From assembly GCA_964019335.1 (NCBI GenBank), contig OZ025649.1:186001-250000 (forward strand): a stretch of 64,000 bases of DNA, in the 5' to 3' direction. The stretch comes from Diplonema japonicum. Taxonomy: Eukaryota; Protista; Euglenozoa: Diplonemea. How positions within the stretch are numbered: the stretch's first letter is position 1; each line of letters starts with the position of its first letter. Shown one piece after another: positions 37,934 to 49,853 of this stretch. The notes beneath the pieces were generated by a model that had not been told where the DNA came from, did not search any database, and saw nothing but the letters and a program-made list of their open reading frames with translations. Position numbers and translations under genes: made by a program.

Positions 37934-38802
37934 CTTTCCCATCCCCTCGTCGTTCTTCAAAGGCTTGCTGACAAAGTATTATATTTGCCACGAGCCGCAA
38001 GATCGCTGTTTTGTTGTTTTTTTTTTCTTTTTTTCTTTTTTTTTTTCCGCTTAGATGAATTGTTTATAAAAGAAAAAAAAAAAGAGTCAAACCCAGCTTT
38101 TTGTTTGGCTTTTAACCACACCCGACTTTGCACAAAGCAACAAAGAAATCGCCAACTCTTCCCCCACCCCTTTTTCCTTTTTTTTCAACTCTTATCCGCA
38201 AGCATAATAAGCAGGATAGCTTTCATTTGTTTTTTCTTTTCTTTTTTTTTTTTTACCCCTTTTTCTTCCTCCCATTTTCCATTCTTTTAATTAAAAGGTC
38301 TCCAGGCAATTGACCATCCCCCCCCCTTTTTTTTTTCTTTTCTTATCGCCTCGATATGTAACACAGAAGAAATTAACCTCCTGGCATAATCACAACCACC
38401 CTCAAATGGCAAAAAAGAAAAAGGGGAAAAATAAAATAAAAAGGTGGGGTCTGCCAAAGAAAATTGGTTATCTGAAAAATGTAAAATAATATTACAGAGA
38501 GGGGGCAATTGGTAGGCACCTCTAATCTCGAAACGAGCGGACGAACTCCTAAAATGAAAGGCAGTGGGTTAAAAAAAAAAAAGAAAAGAAATGTGGGAAA
38601 AAAAAAGAAGAAATATGTTACCTGCTAGGGGGGCTAGTTCGGAATACCCGTGCTCTGAGTTTTCTTCGGCCGTGATATTCCACAACTGCTTGCACCTGCA
38701 GTACAGAATCTTTCAAGTAAAAATATACTTCCTATCCTAAATCCTATTCCTAAGTTTTCTAGTTTATCTATTTTTTTTTTTTCATATTTTTTTTTTTTTC
38801 CC

Positions 38803-38838
<36 letters not shown>

Positions 38839-38883
38839 CATGCTCAGATTGTTTTTTTTTTTCTTGTTGAAAGGGAGAAATTT

Positions 38884-38916
<33 letters not shown>

Positions 38917-39407
38917 AGAAGACAGCAAAAGGAAAGCTTTCTCAGAACATTTAATGAGGTAGGAAATAAAGTTTTTTTTAAAATTAAAAAAAAAAGGAAG
39001 AACAGAGAGAAAGAGAAAAAATAAATATGACTTTCCAAAAAAAAAAAAAAAAAAAAAAAAAAACACTCACAGACCCTGACTACGGCTTCGCCAACTAAAG
39101 AGGGGGGGAAATTAAACTTGATTGCCATATCTCTAAAAAAGGAAAATCCTTTTTTTCTTTTTCTTTTCCCCCCAATACTTTGGCCTCAGGCCCTCCCGCT
39201 CTTTTTTCTCTCTTTTTTTTTTCTTTTTTTTTCTTTTAGTTAACTAAAAAGCTAAGTAAAAAAGAAAAAAGAAAAGGGAAAAAAAAAAAAGATGCATTTT
39301 ATATCTCATCTTCCCCCCCCCCCCCCCCCCCTGATTCGCTTTTTGTCAACTTCTATGTTGTTGCTTTTTTTTTTCTTTTTCTTTTGTCTCACAATTGTTT
39401 AGGCAAC

Positions 39408-39439
<32 letters not shown>

Positions 39440-41168
39440 GCTGGCAATACAACGAATCGTGGAGAATGCCTAATATCCATTCTCCACAGTATTTGTTGTA
39501 GCCAAGGGACAAAATAATTGATTGACTCGCCTTGAGATGGCATGGTCTTCCCGGTTTTTTTTTTTTTTTTTTTTTTTTTTTTCTAACAGTTCAAACAAAA
39601 GATACCACCATACAAAAAAAAAGGGGGGGAAAAAAAAGCTATCTGTTACTCTTTAAAAAAAAAAAAAAAAACCTTGATTGGTTCGTTGGGAAGAGTTTTA
39701 CTTTCTTTTTTAATTTTTTTTTTCTTTCTCTTAGAGAAACATTGTTACTCCATCCCTCTAGCTCTTTTTTTTAACACAATTGATACCCTCTCACCCCCTT
39801 CCACCACCACCTCAGTACTCAAATAAGGGTCGTTGAAGTACTTTCCAGGTGGGTTCGTGCTTCTCCTTAAAAAGGTGAAAACAGGGGGCGGAGGAAAAAA
39901 AAAAAATAAATAAATAAATGGCCACAGTTTTTGTATGGCTCACCCAGTAAGCAACCAAATCAAAACACAAAGGGGTGAGTAGGAGGGGGGGGGGTAGTTT
40001 TTTATACATCCTCTTTTTTTTTTTTTGAAACTCCTTTCCCTCCTCCCTTCCTTCCTTTTTTTTTAAACTTTTTTATCCGTGTTCCTTCTCCCTCTCCCCC
40101 CCTTTTTTTTTTACTGAAAAAAAGAAGAAACGGGGGGAATAAAGAAGAGAGGGAAAAAAAAAAGAGGGGAAAATGCGCAAGGCGGGGGTATGCCGTAATA
40201 TTCTTAACTGGATATTGAAACGGCCCTTTTTTTTTTTCTTTTTTTTTTTCTCTTTTCTTTTTACTTTCATAAATAGCTGTATCAAAGTGGGGCTCCTTTT
40301 TTTTTTTTTTTTTTTTTTTTTTTGACTTTAATGTCCACATGTCTAAGTCACCGAGCAGAACGACCTGATTCTGTTTTTGGTCGTGCTCGTAAAAAATAAT
40401 TCTTATTTGGCCCATGATTAGCCCCTGTTGATATCGATTTTTTTTTTTCCCATCGTTTTGCTTCATCAGATACAAGAAGAAAATCAACTTAATCACACGT
40501 GATGTAAGTGAGGGGGGAGTAAGGGGGTGTGAATGAAGAATGCAGAATAAGTGTGATTTCTCAGTCCTGACTAAGTCTCTACTGGGTTGCCTTCATCCCT
40601 CCCCCCTCCTCCCTCATAGATGCACTATATCACTGTATTCTATCTCCTTATTATTATTATTATTTTTTTTTTTTTTTTTCCAAAAACTCGAAAACTTTTT
40701 TTTTTTTGAAAGGGAAAGAAAAAAAAAACCCCCCCCAATGGGTTGCCCAGCGAAAAAAAAAAAGAATAAAAAAAAAAGGAGGGGAAAAAAAAGACCCTCC
40801 CGAACTTCACAACTTGAGAGTTTTTTTTTTTTTTTTTTTTCCTTTCTTTTTTTCTTTTTTTTTTTTCCTGGGTTGCCTCCCCCCTCCCATTTTGTTGTTT
40901 ATTCATGCTTATGCTATGCTTCCTTAACCGGGCAAACAAAATTTCCTTTTTTTTTTGTTTTGTTTTTTGCACCAATAATCGAGCATAGTTCTCAGTTTCA
41001 GTTCGAGGGAAACAGAAGGTTGGAGGAAAGAAAAGAAGAAATAGAAAAAGAAACAATTTGCGGCACCATATACTTGTTCACTGGCTCTGGGCACCCCCGG
41101 GAGCGACCCGCTTCTGTTGACCCCGCCAGTCGGAGTACTTCCTCTCCTTTGTTTTTTTATTTTATTTA

Positions 41169-42690
41169 CTGTAAAACGAATAATGTCGGACGGAAAAATT
41201 CTCGGACAGAAAAACTCCCGGACACCAAAAAAACCCGGACATTTTTCCGTCCGGGAGTTTTTCTGGGAAGAAGTTTTTTTACTTAAGGGGGGTAGCACTC
41301 CCACCACGTTTGCCTGGAAGGGCTTTATTCCTTGTGCAGAGCCAAAATGTCACCCTGCGTGGCAGTTTGAATTTTTCTTCCCCTTTCAATACACCAACAA
41401 ACAGCACCCACGGGATCTTTAACTTCTCATAAACCCGTACTTCTTTCGTCAAATTGACCAGTTCGACTACCCATGGCACGTTGAGCAGCTGGCTTGTGAG
41501 GGGCCCAACTTTGGTGCTGACACCCCCGGCCAGCTCACCCCCGAGAGGTGGAGGAGATAAACTCCTTACACCGGGCCAGTACAAACCCCCGAAAGCAGCT
41601 TGGCGGCCTCTGCCTCGGTCAGAAGACGGCAGCAACAGGTTCAACAGAGCCCCCGGTTTCTTCCAGACGGAAATACTGGACGTTGCTATTCCACCCAACC
41701 ACACCCTGGCCGCCGCGACGCCGTGATAGCAGCGTATCGCCCAATACGGGATTTAGCATCCTTCGGGGGCTGAAAGGTTTTTGCTTGAGTCGATAGGTAA
41801 ACGGGCTTGGTGAGCCTATCCCAGCACAACAAATATGCACCTATGCAGAAGGGCTGCTGTGCGCCAATCCAGCCCGAAAGACAGACTGGTAGACTTTGGT
41901 GGGGCACTGTCCTTTTCCACTGGCTAGGCTGACAAAATTTTGCAGCAAGAAAGACAAAAGCCGCAAGCCACCTCCGGAAAGCCCGGAAACGAGAAGGACA
42001 ACGAGAAGGCACGCTGTTTCACCATGGAATTCAGGTCCATAATCGACACCCATAAAGTAAGGCCGGAATTGGTCTGGAATACGGGGTTAAAAACCAAAAC
42101 AAAAAAAAGGGGTGCTAAGGTCGTAAAAGTCCGTGGCTTGGGGGACAAAACGGGCTATAACCGAACAGCTGGCTGTTTCCTTGCTGGATGGTTAAATACA
42201 AAGGCAAAGCGGAAACGCAACCGGCAGGGATTATCCGTGCCCCGGTCAAGCACCCGCCCACCGAATGGAGCCTAACGGCATCGCCCAATCATTGACCACA
42301 ACTCTCATACGACCTATGCCTATGGGTTCGTAGAGTGGTTCGCAGGCGCAAACGTGCACATTGCTTTTGTCCCCCTGGGCTCACCTACATGGTTCAACCG
42401 ATGGATATTGGGTTGAACGCAGCTGTAAAGCATCTATTAAGAAAGGTAGTAGGCCACACGAAGGCTCGACAAGCTGATTGCCTCAGGGGCAGCAAGGGAG
42501 GACAAAGATGCAGAAAGGGAACCCTGGGGGTTTCTTCGCGCGGTTGCCGTTTGCAGCCCAGGCCAGTATGTAGGTGGTAGTGGACCAGGCCCCCTGACGG
42601 CCTTACCTAAAAAAAATTCCCGGACGGAAAAATTCCCGGACGCCAAAAAAACTCGGACATTTTTCCGTCCGGGAGTTTTTCGTTTTACAG
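41169..42690 (+). mobile_element. pogo/Tc1-mariner DNA transposon, degenerate
   Basis: TA|CTGTAAAACGAA ... TTCGTTTTACAG|TA termini (TA TSD at 41167-41168 and 42691-42692). Subterminal CGGACGGAAAAA-like repeats at both ends; DDE transposase remnant inside. Confidence 0.85.
41830..42460 (+). pseudogene. pogo-type DDE_1 transposase remnant
   Basis: Fragments LVDFGGALSFSTG*ADKIL, PELVWN, RGAKVVKVRGLGDK, PPGLTYMVQPMDIGLNAAVK (QPxD motif of DDE_1), broken by stops and frameshifts. Confidence 0.8.
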
Positions 42691-42796
42691 TATTTATTTT
42701 TTTTTTTTTTTTCCCCTTCGGTTTCCTCTGTTCCCAGCTCCATTGGTAAAAAGAGATATGGTCAACTTCCCCGCTGTTTGTCACATCCTGGCGTCC

Positions 42797-42832
<36 letters not shown>

Positions 42833-42951
42833 TCAAGTTTTGTATCGACAACGAAAAAATGTATTTTCTGAGCAATGCCATTTCATTTGGGAAAGAAAAA
42901 AAAAAGATAAAAAGAAGTCAAAAAAACAAGCGGAAAATTGACCATATTTTA

Positions 42952-42995
<44 letters not shown>

Positions 42996-43150
42996 TCCTT
43001 TTTTGATTTCCCTCTCTTTTCATTTTTTTCTTTCTTTTTTTTTTTTTTTTTTCCCTCCCCTTTATTATTTATTATTATTTATTTTCTCCCTTCTATTCCT
43101 TTCTTCATTCGCTTCTTCCCTTCCTTTTGTACCCTCACCACAAGGGAGAG

Positions 43151-43593
43151 ATGTTTACAGCAAGGAGGCAGTTGAGGTTCATCTCTTTAAAGAAAACACT
43201 TCGGCAGAAGAGGAAAACTGTCTCAGAGCAACAGGAAGTCCGCGACGAAGAAGAAGCGAGGCAATGCTTAGGAGTGAGCAAGGAATGCAGAAACCCTTTT
43301 TCGCTGTTCTTGGTAGAAAATGCAATGCACCACAGAGGGAAGCTCGATGAGAGATTCATGGCGAAAACGCTCAGCTTGTGGAAAAATTCAACGGAAGACA
43401 GAAGAAATCGCTGCACGTATATCTTTCGAGCATCCTAGCAAATGAAATTTTTTATAGCCTAGCTGCTCTCGGGTATCACAGGCACAGGAGGAGGCGCACC
43501 CTTCGTCCTTCAGCTTCCGTAGATGTGAAATACATCGACCTCTGTTGGCTCGGCTTCTGGCGGGCAGGAGACTCTGCTCTGGCGCATTTGTGA
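43151..43593 (+). CDS. Small basic protein, possible degenerate HMG box with mitochondrial-type N-terminus; intron 43417-43457
   Basis: MFTARRQLRF start; RNPFSLFL...LSLWKNSTEDRR resembles HMG-box helices. The phase-2 intron gives an open second exon. Confidence 0.5.
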
Positions 43594-43784
43594 TTTTTTT
43601 TTTTTTTTTCTCGATATGATTTGGGTCTTGAATGAAAAAAAAAAAATCACATTATTATTGATCATCTTGGTCTCGAACCCAGAATTATGATTCTACTTTT
43701 TTTTTTTTTTTTTTTCCAGTTTCTGCGGCAGGGATCGGCGGAGTGAAGAAATTGAAAAGTGAGATTTAAAAAAAAAAAAAAAAA

Positions 43785-44510
43785 ATGTCGCTACTGACCC
43801 CCGTAGCCTTTCAGACAGATGTGCCACCCTCCCCAGTGATACGAAGGAGGCAGAACACGAAGACTAAAAGATGCATTAAAAAATGCTCTGCAAGAGGCAG
43901 TGCAAGGAGCAGGGAGGACAGGCTCGAAAAGAAACTCAAGAAAACCGAGACAGTTGTAAGAAAGCAACAGGATGCCATTGAAGAGTTGCTCAGAGCCAAC
44001 AAGGAGCTCAGGGAAAAACTGGACATGGCGGAGAGGAAAAACAGCGAAAAGACGCAAAGTGAGGGAGCCGATCCAGAATCTGTCTGTGATGTTAAAATCG
44101 CCGCCCCGAAAAAAAAGCTTGCTCTGACGCTGAACGTCACGGAAGAGGGTCTGGAAAAGCCCTGTACACCCCGTCCCACCCCAGCGAGAAAACTAGCACA
44201 CTACCGCCCTGCAAACGGCCTCTACTTCAGGTCAGAAGCAGAGGAACGGTTTGCAAAGTGGTTCACTGACGAGAGGCAACGAAGGCATCTTGTCAAGCAC
44301 CCCTCTCTTGTTGCTCAGATGATTGAGGCTACTCCTGGTCCACAAAACGTGTCTTTCAACTCCAGGACGCATGAAGAAATCACGAACGAGTTTGAAGCTA
44401 CCACTGTTCCCTTTGAGGTATGTATTACAAGAGGGGAAAAAAATATTTTTTTTTTGAAAAACTTTTACCAGTACACAAGCGAGGACGAAGCGATGTTTGG
44501 TTGGTGTTGA
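43785..44510 (+). CDS. Hypothetical coiled-coil protein; probable 54-nt intron 44418-44471
   Basis: Heptad-rich segment (LEKKLKKTE...LREKL). The GTATGT..ACCAG intron is in frame and stop-free. Confidence 0.7.
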   Translation: MSLLTPVAFQTDVPPSPVIRRRQNTKTKRCIKKCSARGSARSREDRLEKKLKKTETVVRKQQDAIEELLRANKELREKLDMAERKNSEKTQSEGADPESVCDVKIAAPKKKLALTLNVTEEGLEKPCTPRPTPARKLAHYRPANGLYFRSEAEERFAKWFTDERQRRHLVKHPSLVAQMIEATPGPQNVSFNSRTHEEITNEFEATTVPFEVCITRGEKNIFFLKNFYQYTSEDEAMFGWC

Positions 44511-44558
44511 TATGTCGTTCGAAAAAAGAAAAAGAAAAAAAAAATGTCTAAACTACCG

Positions 44559-44608
<50 letters not shown>

Positions 44609-44886
44609 GCCTGAACAGGTTATAACCTGCTCCAAAGTAACGGAACGGGATACAATAACAAAAAAAAAAAAAAGAGTGAACTGTGCTCACACAACTGTTA
44701 TTTTTTTTTTTTCTCCACACACATCGTTGTTTTCTTCTTCTTTTTTTTTCTTCTTACGAAGGGAGCATTACTCGTTTGCAAGAACCGTCTTTCTCCTTTC
44801 TTTTTCTCTTTCATTCCCCCCACCCTTTTTTTTTTCTTCTAAAAGTCATCTGTTTTTCTGCCTTCTCCATTCAACATGATTGGGTT

Positions 44887-44917
<31 letters not shown>

Positions 44918-44986
44918 GGCAAACGAACCGAGGGTGTAGCAGCGCAGCCCAGCCTTTAGAGCTCTTCTCATTGAAAATAATCCCCT

Positions 44987-45029
<43 letters not shown>

Positions 45030-45445
45030 CTTCTTTTAATTTCGCGCTTCTTGGTCATAGAATGCGTAAAGTTTACGGTTTCGGGAATAGTTTTCTTTGT
45101 TCTTAAATTTTCACTCGTTTTCTTTCTATTTCTTACTCTGTTTATCGTGTCTAATGTGCGTTGCGTGTGAAGGCTTTCCTGTTGTGAGGAGCATTGTCAT
45201 ATTTGCTCCTCACATGCAACTTGTGTAGGTCTTTTTTGTATTCTGGATAAAGAAACTAGGAAACCCTGTGAAAAGGAAATAAAAAAAGGAAAAAGAAAAA
45301 AGAAATTGCGGCTATTAGGGTTTTCTCAAGGAAAAAGTCAAAGTAGCAAAATAAAACTTTTCAACAAGGTCAAAAGAGAAAAACAACAGCTATGATAAAA
45401 AGATCTTCGAGAGATACCAAATCTGACACCCGAAAAACTTCCATC

Positions 45446-45517
45446 GGCTCGGTGGTCTAGTGGCATGATTCTCGCTTAGGGTGCGAGAGGTCCCGGGTTC
45501 AATTCCCGGCCGAGCCC
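45446..45517 (+). tRNA. tRNA-Pro(AGG)
   Basis: GGCTCGGTGGTCTAGTGGCATGATTCTCGCTT-AGG-GTGCGAGAGGTCCCGGGTTCAATTCCCGGCCGAGCCC followed by a T6 terminator. Confidence 0.97.
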
Positions 45518-46323
45518 GCTTTTTTAAAAACGAAAAATGAACTTCCAGTTCCCCTTTTTTTTCTCTTGGACGAAACTCTTGGCACAGCTGCTTCCAGGAA
45601 TGAGTTTTGCAACTGTGGTCTGAGTCCTTGTCTTTGGAGAATTAAAGCTCCCCTCTAAGCGCTCTGTGATCCAGTAAGGTGGGCAAGGGGCGCTTAGCTT
45701 TTTTTTCTTTTTTGAAAGAGCTTCAGAACCAGAAGAAGAAATCTGAAAAGAAAGAAAGAAGAAAGAAAAAAAAAACGTTAACAGCACGGCAACCTAGAAA
45801 CCTTTTGAGAGCACCTTTTTTCTTCCCTTCTTCCCCTTGCCCTATCTTCAGTCTCCTTCTTTTCATTTTTCTTTTTTGTCCCTTCACCTGCCTGCTGTTA
45901 TAATTTCTTTTTCCCTCCTTCTTTTTTTTTTCTCACCATCTCCGTCCCTTCTGTCTGTATCATATACATTACAACGGCTCTTTGTTCTTTTGTCACGTAG
46001 GCGGCCGAACTAAAGCTAGATCCCCCCCTTTTTTTTAAAGGAAATTATTGCATTTATTTATTTATTCATCTCCATCCTAAAGTGGAACAGGCGACAAGTG
46101 AGTTCGTGGGGAATAGGAGTAATCTACAGCTCGTTTGGCGGCCTTCTTTTTAAGTCAAAAAGTGACTGTTTTAATTTTTCCTTCTCTTCTTTTTTTTTCA
46201 CCAACATTCACCCCCCTTCTTCTTCTTCTTCTTCTTCTTATCCCCTCCAACATAAGAATGATCGAACCCCAAGCACATCGTGAAGAAGAGTTTTTTTTTT
46301 TTTTTTTTCAATCTTAAATTTAT

Positions 46324-47037
46324 GAGAAAAACAACGTACACGGTAACCTATTTTTATTTCCACTAAACCATGTAAGTAGGAACTTTTTTTCCACCGTCCA
46401 CGGTAACCCAAAACTTTTTTTCCACCATCCACGGAAACCCACAACTTTTTTTTCAACGTCCACGGTGGAGGTGTGTGTGCACTTGGGAAAAACGTGTAGG
46501 CACAGCCAGGGCTCGAAAAAGACACCAAGAATTTCTCCTGGAGGTTGGCAAGGGCGATTTCCAAAGATGATTTAAAGCCAAAGCCGAGGTATCTGGCGTC
46601 TGATGTACTTCTCCACCCCTCGCCCCCCTGCCTGTGAATATGCCAAGGATGACCTCAAGCCCCCTGTTGTCACGAAGTTACAGATAGGCCAGCAAAGAGG
46701 AAGGCGGTTGTAGTCCCAGCCTTCAGGGTAGTCACCCATTTCTCTTAAAAGGTCTTTTTTCCTTTTCTTTTGCTATGACATCATGTTTTGCCCCCCTCGC
46801 TACATTTCGTAAAACCCCAATGAGGCATAAAAATGTCGGAGGTTACCGTGGACGGTGGAAAAAAAGTTAGTGGTTGCATAAGGGAAATTGTTGGTGGTTA
46901 CAGTAAAAAGTGGAAAAAAAGGTTACCGTGAACGGTGGAAAAAAAGTTGTGGTTACCGTGGACGGTGGAGAAAAAGTTGCAGGTTTAAGGCGATGGTGGA
47001 AAAAAGTTATTTGGTTACCGTGTACGTTGTTTTTCCC
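46324..47037. mobile_element. Non-autonomous Mutator-like (MULE/foldback-type) element
   Basis: TIRs GAGAAAAACAACGTACACGGTAACC / GGTTACCGTGTACGTTGTTTTTCCC. Exact 9-bp TSD TAAATTTAT at 46315-46323 and 47038-47046. Subterminal ~30-bp repeats (TTTTTTCCACCGTCCACGGTAACC) inverted at both ends. Confidence 0.9.
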
Positions 47038-47799
47038 TAAATTTATCTTTTGTAAGATTTTTTTCTTTTACCTTATCCTCTTTTACGAGTGGAAGGGCTT
47101 TTTTTTTTTTTTTTTTTCTCTCTCTCTCTTTTTTTTTCTCCTCTTGTTGTGCTGTCTATAGACTTGCACTGCATAGCGCAAACACACATTTCGCCACGCT
47201 TGTCTTACCTAAGGCACGAGACCGATTTGGGTACATTTCTTTTGATTGCGGATCAATTTTGTTTTTCTCAAAAACGAGAAAGTAAAATTCTTTTTTTTTT
47301 TTAAAGGAGGGTGAAAGAAAGCTCGCGTTTCATACACGGAACCTATGTAAAACTTTTACAGTTTGGGGGTATCCCCCCCTCCCTTCTTTTTTGCTTCTTT
47401 TTTTCGATCTCTTGTTACGAGTTTTTCCCTTCTCCAGTTCTGGGAGCCCTTCCTGGATGGTTTTCTTTGTGCTTTTCTTTTTTTCTTCTTTTCTCCCTTT
47501 TTCATTTCCCCTCTCCCACCCCTACGAACCTATACTTGGATACGTTTAATATAAAAAAAAGTTTGCAAAAAAAAGGAAACGGAAGAAGGAATAAGAGAAA
47601 AGACAAGAAAAAAATAAATAATCTTTCTTTCTTCAAAAGATTCTTCCTTTTCTCTCTCTCTTTTTTTTTTCCCCCCTCCCTCCTTTTTGTTCATCTCTTC
47701 AAAGTTCAGTTTTTTTTTTTTTTTTTTTTTTTAAATTTAAAAAAAAATACTTCCTTTACTTCCTGCTCGTTGTCATCTCTTCAACAGGCTCGGGTGGCG

Positions 47800-49599
47800 A
47801 TGCCTGTCAGCCGCAACATGGAGGTAAGTAGCGGGAATGAAGTGGCGGCAAAGGTATTCTTCGAACTGGCAGAGCATGCAGCGCAGATGAAGGTCACGAT
47901 GGTTTCCGGTAACAGCACAGCCTCAGTAGTCGCGTACTGCTGTGCAGCACTTAATGACAGACTGAAGCTCAATCTAATCTCAAGCAGGTACTTGCTGCGT
48001 GTGAAGAACCCCCTTGAAGACCCCCAAGGATACCTCTATGGCCTCTGCGATGTTTTGACCCATCCCGATGTTGCTGACATCGTTGAGAGAGAAGAAGATC
48101 TTGAACTCACACTCGAACCCCTCCCTGCTAACCACCCTAATGACATGTACATTGCACCTACAGTGCCTGCTTCAAGGAGCTCCCAGCGGTCATCAGCTGC
48201 TCGTGGGTCTAAAATCCGTCCACCTACCAGTCCCACAAGCCCCTTTAGGTACGAGGAGACGTCCCGTCTCGAGCAGGCTATGGACGAAGAAGTGCAACGT
48301 GAAATATCTAGAATGCCGTGGGGTATGCGGCCCAGCGGACGGCCTCTCAGCACCCTTGAAAAGATGCCGCCCCTTAGCGCTGATGAGATGGCTTCTGAAC
48401 GCATAATGCAAGCCAGAGAGAACATGCGGAAGACAACGATCCCTCCCCCGCCTCCGCCTCCAATGTCCGGCGAGAGGCAGTACGTTTCCACAGACACGCA
48501 AACAGTTGAGGTGTCCGAAGTGCCGCAGATGCAGCCCCGCCCCCCTGCCTCTGCTCCCAGCGTCGCACTCGAAATGATGAAGAAAGAGCTACAAGCCAGC
48601 GAAGAAAACTTAAAAACCACAAAAGAAAAACTGCAGCAAACCTTAGAACGCGCCGAGGTGTCGGAAGCCAAGCATCAGGAGGAGCAGTCACAGGTAGTGC
48701 TGTATCTTACACAACTGGAAGTGGAAAAAGAGAAGGTTAAGAACCTTATGAACAGTCAAAGGGACTACGAGGGTGTGAAGGACGAGCTGGAGAGATTGAA
48801 AAAAGAAAATATGCGGCTCAAGAAGTTGCACCAAACAGCGCAGGAGAGGGAGAAGGACCTACTTCAAGAGATACATCAACTTCAGACGGAGCTCACTTCG
48901 GAGGCTGATGTCACGCTGCAGTCACAGCCGCCTCCGTTGCCACCGCAGCCTATCAACATCACAACTATTACGACACAACCCTCACAGCGGAGGAGCAGAA
49001 CAGCAAGCAGTGGGTCGCCTGTAAGGGAGAGGTATCAAAGGATCACGAGAGAGACGGAGGTGATCAGGTCCCCAGGGACACCGGAGGTGCATATCGATCC
49101 GAGTGATTCGCTGGGGACAATTGTAGCCAAGTTCACAGGGAAGGAAGCACTGGGGAAGGCGGTGGACACGAGCCTGAGAATCCCAGCGCCACAGATGGTT
49201 GAGGAAGAAGACAGCGAGGATGAAGAGTACGGAGATGAACCCTTCTCGCAGCTCACGGAACTAAAGAAAAAGCTGCCCTTGTTGAGCTCCCCGACGGCTG
49301 ACCCTGCCTTGAGACTGTCTCTCCTGAAAGAAGTTGAAGCACTTCGTAGCATGGTCAGCTCGACCCATCATCAGTACCAGCACCACCAGCAGGTGCCCCT
49401 TGCACCCCCCACTCCCCTCTCAGGGCCTTTCACTAGCTCTCTCGTTGCACCCCCGCGAGGTCCTGGTCCCGGCTCTCCCGGGGGACCAAGGAGCAGGTCT
49501 TCTACTGCCACCACTGCACCCATTCACGGTGTGCACTACCCCCCTGCACCGTCGTCGGTTGCATCGGGTTACAGTGCAACACGGCCGCCTGGCCTGTGA
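47800..49599 (+). CDS. Hypothetical protein: N-terminal ubiquitin-like (PI3K-RBD-like) domain, coiled coil, Pro-rich tail
   Basis: The real start MPVSRN follows a polypyrimidine tract and AG (the upstream poly-F/K part of the ORF is intergenic). YLLRV..YLYG..L..LTL resembles Ras-binding beta-grasp domains; long heptad region ~48570-48900. Confidence 0.7.
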   Translation: MPVSRNMEVSSGNEVAAKVFFELAEHAAQMKVTMVSGNSTASVVAYCCAALNDRLKLNLISSRYLLRVKNPLEDPQGYLYGLCDVLTHPDVADIVEREEDLELTLEPLPANHPNDMYIAPTVPASRSSQRSSAARGSKIRPPTSPTSPFRYEETSRLEQAMDEEVQREISRMPWGMRPSGRPLSTLEKMPPLSADEMASERIMQARENMRKTTIPPPPPPPMSGERQYVSTDTQTVEVSEVPQMQPRPPASAPSVALEMMKKELQASEENLKTTKEKLQQTLERAEVSEAKHQEEQSQVVLYLTQLEVEKEKVKNLMNSQRDYEGVKDELERLKKENMRLKKLHQTAQEREKDLLQEIHQLQTELTSEADVTLQSQPPPLPPQPINITTITTQPSQRRSRTASSGSPVRERYQRITRETEVIRSPGTPEVHIDPSDSLGTIVAKFTGKEALGKAVDTSLRIPAPQMVEEEDSEDEEYGDEPFSQLTELKKKLPLLSSPTADPALRLSLLKEVEALRSMVSSTHHQYQHHQQVPLAPPTPLSGPFTSSLVAPPRGPGPGSPGGPRSRSSTATTAPIHGVHYPPAPSSVASGYSATRPPGL

Positions 49600-49853
49600 C
49601 CCAGGCAGGAAAGCCAGACTTTGTAACAACAACAAGCAAATAGAATTATGTGTCAAGAAAAAGAGAAAAAAGAAAAAGAAAGAATTACCAAGAAGAAGAG
49701 GGTCACCCCCTTTCCCCAGCCCCCATCCTAGAATTGTTTTTATCCCCACCACCCGTCTTCACTTTTGTGTCTTCTGTATTTAGTTGCTTTATTTTGTTAT
49801 ATTTTTTTCCTCTTAATATCCCCCATCCCACCATTTTCCTTTAAGGTTTTCTG

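Noticed and set aside
38612-38701. U1 snRNA-like hints (TTACCTG and a CTGC-TTGCACCT-GCAG stem-loop)
   Set aside because: No U1-70K loop, no Sm site and no four-way junction evident; likely chance.
46335-47030. Regular ~30-bp repeats resembling a CRISPR array (also 41180-41260 and 42610-42680)
   Set aside because: No unique spacers, inverted at the two ends, bounded by TIR/TSD, and no cas genes: these are transposon subterminal repeats.
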